Source: Adineta vaga
Lineage: Eukaryota > Animalia > Rotifera
Length of the DNA: 64,000 bases
Assembly (NCBI GenBank): GCA_021613535.1
Contig: CP075496.1
Coordinates: forward strand, 13,516,001 to 13,580,000
Reading direction: 5' to 3'
Positions 51,964-64,000 of the stretch are shown piece by piece (the first letter of the stretch is position 1; every line of letters starts with the position of its first letter). The position numbers and the translations under genes are program-made. The notes beneath the pieces are model-generated. The model saw nothing but the letters and a program-made list of their open reading frames with translations. It was not told the origin of the DNA and did no database searches.

Positions 51964-53518
51964 TTAACTTTTTCTTTGTTTTTTTAATATTGGTACAAAA
52001 TCTTCGTTATCATCATCTTCCTCGTCAATCTGTTGTTGAAATAAAGGTTTAGGTTGCGTATGTACATAAGCTGGTGTAACCCACGTTGGATTACGTTCAG
52101 CTTCTTCCGCGTGTTTCAACAATTCAACACGTGGATCTTCTTTTTCATTGAAATTTGATTGAATTCCTGTTTGAACTATATATTGATGTAATGAAGTTGG
52201 TTTCCTCTCTTCTTGTGGATTTCTTTCAGGTAATATGTCATGCGTTTCATCAATAGAATCTGAAGAACATGCCGATGATGCCAATGGATTAATATTTGCA
52301 ATAAAATCATCTTTTGTTTTATCTTTTCTTTCTTTTCGATTTAAACATAAACGAACACCAGCCATGGGTGATCGTTGTTCATCATAGAACACTCGAATAA
52401 GTCCATTATTTGTTGTTGTAAAAATTTGATTCAATTTCGGATGCCACATTGTTCGAATAACACTATCATTAAATGCAATTTCTTGAACAGGTTTAGATAA
52501 ATCGTTTCGATTAAAAATCATTAATTTTCCATTTGAATTCGATTGATTTAGTTTGGATACACCCGTGATGAGATATTTATCATTGGGTGAAAATGATATA
52601 TTTGTCATGGAGAAATCATTTGGAAGATTTTCATAAGATGATAAACATTGACTAAATTTTCGAATATCCCAAAGTTTTAATGTATGATCTGTTGAACGAG
52701 ATGCAAATATTTGACTATCATATGACCATTTTAATGATGTTATGAAATGATCTTGTAAATGTGCATTAGGACATTTAAATGTCACATGAACAAATGATCG
52801 ACGACGATCCCAAACAAGAATACTACCATTTTCACAACCAGCAGCAATTAAATTACAATTTTCATTTTCATACAACGATTGATTATATGTACAAGTTGTT
52901 GTTCGAACATCTCGACCCGATTCACCTTTCGTACGAATAACATCGACTTGTTGATCACGTTTATTTAATGACCAAAGACGTATTGTACAATCATCAGCAC
53001 ATGTCATAAATTCTTCGGAATTTATTGTTGGATTCCAACAACCATAATTTATTAAAGATTTATGACCTTTCGTACGATTCATATCTTTAACGTACATATC
53101 ACCAAGAACAGTTTTGTAAATAACATGTTTACCAGATCCTAAAACAATTCAATTAAAGTTTATTCCAATCAATCTCATCTTTGTTCTTACCTTCTCGATT
53201 GACTACAATAGCTTGACAATCTGCAGGAATAATTAAAATCATATCATTATTTGGTTTATATTCAATTGCTCGTAATAATCGTCCCCGACAAGGTTGAATC
53301 GTTCGAAAAGATTGAAAACTTTTATCCATCGATGAAAAATCAAACATTTTCATTGTTTCATCATGTCCACCTGTTATCATTCGAATTCCATTTGAATCTA
53401 ATGTTAAACATGAAACACTTTTCAATCCATGAATTATATTTACATGAGATGATATTGGTAATAAATCATCATTTTCTTCTTCTACTACATCACTATCACT
53501 AGAACTCGTATTCGACAT
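51964..53518 (-). CDS. WDR70: WD repeat-containing protein 70 (gad-1-like), 2 exons
   Basis: HGLKSVSCLTLDSNGIRMITGGHD..KMFDFSSMD, GDMYVKDMNRTKGH, EDPRVELLKHAEEAERNPTWVTPAYVHTQPKPLF. Confidence 0.93.
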
Positions 53519-53593
53519 CTAAAACAAGAGAAAAAAAACTGTTTATTTCAGAAGAAATATTATTGCATAGAATAAAATAGAATACGATGTTCT

Positions 53594-54642
53594 TCATACA
53601 TTATACCAATCAAGAAAGAGAAGTGAAAAAATCATAACAAGTAAGAAAAAAATCACCCAACGACGCATTTGTGCAGTATTTCTTATTGCATCACGAATAT
53701 GTATAATTGCTGCAGCTAAATCATCATTACTTGCAACAGCAGCTGTATCAACATTTTGAATAAGATCTTTCTGATTAAATATATTACCAAATAATTCATT
53801 TTGTAATTGTGCAATTTCGACGACTTGTGTTGATATTGCATGAATTTCTTCACTACGTTGTGCAACATCATGATACAATTGATTATTTTCCATTTGTAAT
53901 TGACGTAATTGATTAGCTGTTAATGGTTCAGATGGAATCTGGTTTTCTTGATCATTTTGATCGAATTGATCATTCGTCGTCATGATATTCTCTGAACTAC
54001 AAATCAAATCGTATCGAAATGATTTTTTTTTCTTTTACAAAAGGAAATTACTCTTTACCTATTTTCATTCTTTGTAGTTGAAAGTATTGTTTCAGAAGTC
54101 TTTTCAATCTTATTTTTATTATTATTTTTATCAAAATTTAACACTACTCGTAGTACATCATGATCCAATCGTCCAATTTTCTTTCGTTCAGATTCTCGTT
54201 TATATCGTAAACATTTCTGTTCACTATAAATCTTCGTACATTCAACAAGATCACGTTCTAAATAGGCACAAACTAATTCGAAATGTGAACGTCGTTGTCC
54301 TTGAAAACAAATTAATCCAATTGAAGATTTCAATTCTTCTAAATCATCTCGACAACGTTTGATTTGTTTTTCTATATGTTGTTCATAATCATGTCGTTGT
54401 TCATCATTCATAATCTTATTTGTTGTTGATAGAAGATAAATTGGACTTAAATAATTCGTACGAGATTCAAGTAAGAAACATTTCAATTTCATTATATCAT
54501 TGAGAATTAGTTTTGCTCGAGATAAAAAACCTGCCGAGATTTTTTCACTCTTTTTCGAACGCTTTGTTAAACCAAGATTAAAATCACTGGAGATCTGTTT
54601 CGCTTTGATAATAGCACGAAATGTTTTTGTTATATCTGTCAT
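53594..54642 (-). CDS. STX18: Syntaxin-18 (2 exons)
   Basis: MTDITKTFRAIIKA N-peptide; FLLESRTNYL..MNDEQR; SNARE VVEIAQLQNELF; C-terminal TM WVIFFLLVMIFSLLFLDWYN. Confidence 0.93.
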
Positions 54643-54840
54643 CTAGAAAGTAGAAGAGAAGATTTCAGTTGTTTTTAACAATCATTTATTCATATAACAT
54701 AGAACGAGATCTTTCAAAGATCGATACAGAATACGAACAACTAATTTTATCTTGTTGTTGTTTACAAAAATGAAAATATAGATGGGTGGGTTTGTTTTTC
54801 TCTACAATTTAAACATGAAAACGAGATTTTCGACTTTTTT

Positions 54841-56108
54841 CTATGGTTTTTCATTAACATTATCTTCGTCATCATTACGTTTACGTTTTTCACCTTTTGA
54901 TGACCCTAAATTTAGAATAGAATTAATAGAAAATGATTCGTTTGAGATAAGATTTACCTTCGATAGGACCTGCTGGAATATCTTCTTCAGATAAATCATC
55001 ATCTTCATCTAAAAATACGAAGAAATCAATCAGATTTTCAAGTGAAATTAAATCTAAACTTACCCGATTCTTCTTGTTCTTCTTCTTCATTTCCTTCATA
55101 GCTTTCTTCATCATCATCACCTTCTTCGAATGTACCATTATACAATGCTTTTAAACCAGTTTTACTTTCATCCTATAAATATTTACATGTAAAACAACAA
55201 GTCCTTACAAACATCTGAAATTCTATGTCTTACCTCTTCATATTCTTCTTCTTCTTCATCACCGTCATCATCTCCTAAATAACGAACAATACAACTTTCG
55301 AAAATAGTATTAGAAATTTATCTTACCTTCATCCGATCCAGCATTTTCATCATCTTCATCTTCATCATCACTATCTCGTTCCACTAAAACGAAATTGTCA
55401 TATTAAAAACCAAACAGATCTTTATTCTTACCACCAGTTTTATCAACATTATCTAAATACTTCAATTGTGGTAATATTTCAAACATTGTTTCTCGATAAC
55501 CATCAATCGATGTTACATCACAATTTGCTAAATCAAGAATTGATAATTTTGGTAATTTTGCCTATGTTTCAAAACAAAAGAAAAATTTTAAGGTAACACA
55601 ATTTTGTTTGACTTACTAATGGTTTAAGTTCATCAATAGTTTTGAATTTATTTCCAGCGAGAATCAATAAGGATAAATTTGGACAACCTTCAAGATTTTC
55701 TAATCCAGAACTTAAACGATTATACTAAGATAAAGCTAGAAAGAAATATATAAATAATTTATTCATTTCAATCAGATTGAATTCATTTCGTACTTTTCGA
55801 AGATTAGGTAATGCAGGAAATTTTGCAAGTGATTGAAGACCAACATTGATTATTGAAAGAACTTGTAAATTAATGAATTCATCTGTTAAACCTTGAATAT
55901 AACTACAACGTGCACAATTATCTAATACAAGTTCAGTTATCTAATAGAAAGAAGAATGAAGTCGAAAACAAAAAATATTGAGAGAGAGAGAGATCAAAAT
56001 ACGAACTGTATTTGGTTCACGACGTTTTAATTCGAGAGAAACACGTTGTGCCATTGGATTTTGTTCAGTAGCAACAATATTTTCATCTTGTACATTTTGT
56101 TCAGACAT
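54841..56108 (-). CDS. ANP32: Acidic leucine-rich nuclear phosphoprotein 32 family (ANP32/Mapmodulin)
   Basis: MAQRVSLELKRR..ITELVLDNC..IQGLTDEFINLQVLS..FPALPNLRK..YRETMFEILPQLKYLD, an acidic tail and the GEKRKR NLS. Confidence 0.93.
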
Positions 56109-56828
56109 GATGATGATGAAACAGATAAACTATTGCTATTTCTTTCGAATAGATACTTTGAAAAAGAAAATCAGACGATGAATTACTTGAAAATTGTTGG
56201 AAAAGACACTGAAGAGAACAATGGACAACATTGCAAGAAATGTCAAATAGTATTCGTTTCACGTTAGATGGCGTTAGTATACCAAAAAACTGACGTGTTG
56301 AATTTCTAATATTAAAAAATGGATATGTAAGATATTTGTTGAATTCAATCATTTTTCATGAATACTTTCTAAAGTTTAGTAAAAGATATATGTGAATAAA
56401 TGAATTAATCAAAATGGTTCTTGTCGTTAGACGAGTTTCAAACAAACATAAAATAATATGTACCTTTCAAGATGTATTAAGAGAATGTTCTTGAAACGTT
56501 ATTTTACTTAGTAAAGATCGTGACAAAATGAAACAACTTCATTATCAATATATCCATTCATCCCGTTATCGAAATAACATGTAAATATAGAAAATAATCA
56601 GTTTACAAATCAAGCAAAACATGTGGGGAAAAAACAACAATCACCTTTTTCGTGTATGTATCTTGTGTAGATAAGGCATCTTGTCATCAAACTTCCAAAC
56701 ATGTTTGTTTGTTGTTTTAGAACTGATTTTATTCAACAAAACACTGTTATTTTGACTAGTACACTCGTAAACATTTTCCTGGAAAACTATAACATTCGCA
56801 TAATCAAGTATTAAAAGAATTAATATTC

Positions 56829-59601
<2,773 letters not shown>

Positions 59602-59881
59602 TCTTTTTTTCTTTAAACAGAATTTATCTGAAATACTGATAGTTTTTCTTTCGAATGGAGACTATTTTCCTCAAATGCATGTTCAATTTATCTTCATTCG
59701 ACTGAATAATCAGGTTTATTTTCTGAATAGAAGACACAAAATCAATCTACAAGGAGCGAAAAAAAAATAGGCCCAAATAAACAACAGAAAAAAAATTTAT
59801 CCAGCCAAATAAATGTTTCAATAATCTGTACAAAATATCAGTTAACGAGGAGGACAAAAAAAATAAATGTAACTGTTAGTT

Positions 59882-61753
<1,872 letters not shown>

Positions 61754-62281
61754 ATATAATGGTTTAAAGTAACATATAATCTACAAACATATAATACATC
61801 AAACAGTTATTTTTACAGCAAAAATATGCGAAATGCAAAGTAAAAGTAACTTGACTGTTATTAGATGAGTCATCATCTTATGATCGGTGTAGATTGATCG
61901 ACCAATCAGAGAATGAATTCGACATTTTCGAATGAAATTATTTTTCTAAGAAATTCCATATATTTTAATCGAAGATATGCTCAGAATCGATCTAGAATAT
62001 CGAAGAGTAAGTTGTTTAATCACAGAATTTAAATAATTCATTCTGATTGGTTGCTGAGCTTGTATGAGTAATGAAACCAATGGTTGAAGCTAAAAAATTG
62101 AAAAATATATCGAGTTTGTTTTGAAATTATTATCAGAAGGAAAATATCCGTCATAATGTTATTTTTTTTTCTCTCTTAATCAAGTAAAACAAATTGTCAA
62201 TACTCGTTGTCTTATCTTAGTTATGCATTAAGATTCTTGTTTTATTTAATCTTTAAATGATCATCATACCTCTATTTTTAG
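61754..62281. promoter_or_regulatory. Bidirectional promoter between KAT5 and PSMD5 with CCAAT boxes
   Basis: Head-to-head genes about 530 bp apart, with CCAAT at about 61902, ATTGG at about 62046 and CCAAT at about 62077. Confidence 0.55.
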
Positions 62282-64000
62282 ATGCAAAATAGTAATCTTC
62301 TTCGTCTTTTCGAAGATCTTTTAATAACTACAACAGATACTCAACGTATCGAATTGCTCGAACGTATTCATATTGAATTGTCAAGTATAACTTCATCGAT
62401 TCAATTTGAACAAGTTTATCAACATATTCCATGGACTTTTCTATTCGATCTCTTTCGATCAAATAAAAACGATGAAGTCGAACGTCTTCTATGTTCAATA
62501 AGCGAATATTTCGTAAATAATCTATCAATTGAACAAATAATGACGAATTTCTATCCATTATTAAATACTGGTTTAGACCAACAAAGCGAATTTTCTTATC
62601 GTGTTAAACTTCTTTGTTTGAAAGCATTTGCAAAATTAAGTCATTGTTCAAAATCCGAATGCTTTTATGTTATACAAAATCTCTTTCAACATTCTCATAT
62701 TCGTTCATTACTTCATCTGTTTCTCGATAGTGATCAACAAACTTTATGGTTAAAATCAAAAGAAATTCTTGAACAAATGATTCAAACAGTCACTCGTATT
62801 GATAATATAGAAGTATTTCATAAATATTTACGGGAAGAATATTTTCATGAAGAAAATCGACAAATTTTACTTTCATCAAAACAACGAAATGAAATTGTTA
62901 AACTTCGTCTATATGAATATTTAATTGATTTATGTTTGATTGATTCAAGAATTTATCAACATATAACAGAAGAACAACATTTACTTGATGAATTCTTATA
63001 TGATTGTACACATAGTGATAATGATATGTTATATTTAATGAATTGTTTAGAATTATTAACAGCATTAACACAAAAATCACATACTCTAATGTATTTACAA
63101 AATAAAACTAATGTTATTGAACATTATTTACAATTGTTATTAACATCAAATGATGAAAATAGTTTATATGAATTAGTCAAACCAGGTTTTATTAAATTTT
63201 TCGGTTGTTATTTACGTAATTATCTTGTATTGATTCAAACGAATTCATCAAATAATCAATTATTTGAACGATTCTTACCATTTCTATTAGATCTACTTAT
63301 TCAATCTGATAACAATGCTTATATTGCCATTGGTTTAGGTAAAACTAATACATTTTCTATTTCTCATCTTGTCTTTCCTCTCTCTATGTTAGATACAATT
63401 GGTTTTATTGGTAAAACACTTCATGGAAAAGAATATATGTTATCCATAGCAAAATTCGGTGATTTTATTGAAAAATTAATTCAAATAATACGTTCAGCAC
63501 AATCAGATTTTCGGTTAACTATTCATCATGAACGAATCATTCTAAAATTTGACATTTTTTCTTCTTGTATTTCAGTCTTCGTTCACTTGCTTGTCTTGCT
63601 GATCTATTCTATATATCATCAAATGATCGAACATCAACAAATATTTCAAATCTTACTGAACAAATCTATCGTTTATGTAATCGAGTATTTTCAATTTTAC
63701 CAATTTTAATTCAAATAGCGAAACAACCATTTGTCGATCTACGTTTGGCTGCTTATCGTTGTTTACTTGAATTAACACGATCATCATGGGCATTAAATGC
63801 AATGAATAATGAACCCGGTTTTATTGAATTTCTCCTCAATCGTTCGACAGAAAAGGATAAAGAAGGAAAAGAAACGAAATATGCAATAATTCATTCAATG
63901 TGTGAAAATAGTGAAGAAGCGAAACTAGCTTTCGGAAATGTTAATTTCCTTAAACTGAGACGTTATCTTAATGAAGGAGCTTTTTATGTTGAACCAGAAG
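62282..64000 (+). CDS. PSMD5: 26S proteasome assembly chaperone PSMD5 (S5b/Hsm3); runs off the window end
   Basis: ARM/HEAT-like body; DTIGFIGKTLHGK; IAKQPFVDLRLAAYR...PGFIEFLLNRSTEKDKEGKETKY...LRRYLNEGAFYV. Confidence 0.9.

Overview
This is very AT-rich, gene-dense animal DNA with mostly 45-65 bp GT-AG introns. The metazoan marker genes (innexin, vestigial-like, Shaker-type Kv) and the F-box/LRR gene architecture point to a bdelloid rotifer, although this is inferred and not proven. About 23 intron-containing or single-exon genes lie in co-oriented blocks: FBXL2/20, a kinesin-3-like motor, a PWWP protein, PA2G4, SUV3, a divergent Kv, VGLL, ARPP19/ENSA, two ZAP/PARP12-like CCCH genes, PSMA7, an MTP-type CDF transporter, HAUS6-like, two lineage-specific F-box genes, innexin, two orphan 2-TM genes, DDI1, WDR70, STX18, ANP32, SPATA5, KAT5 and PSMD5. 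An accessory segment at about 1.6-10.2 kb holds a JNK pseudogene eroded by deletions, a 488-bp copy of the neighbouring kinesin gene, and an F-box gene whose LRR domain is an exact 140-bp exon+intron array. The main leads are: (1) the one-repeat-per-exon F-box-LRR array, with variable predicted binding residues and conserved introns; (2) an operon-like ANP32-STX18-WDR70-DDI1 run with 63-198 nt gaps and unpaired 3' splice acceptors fused to the ATGs, suggesting SL trans-spliced polycistrons; (3) tandem short and long ZAP-like genes, one with a degenerate PARP-like tail; (4) a Shaker-like channel with a TVGDAK filter. All calls come from manual translation and motif recognition. No searches were run and exon boundaries are manual.
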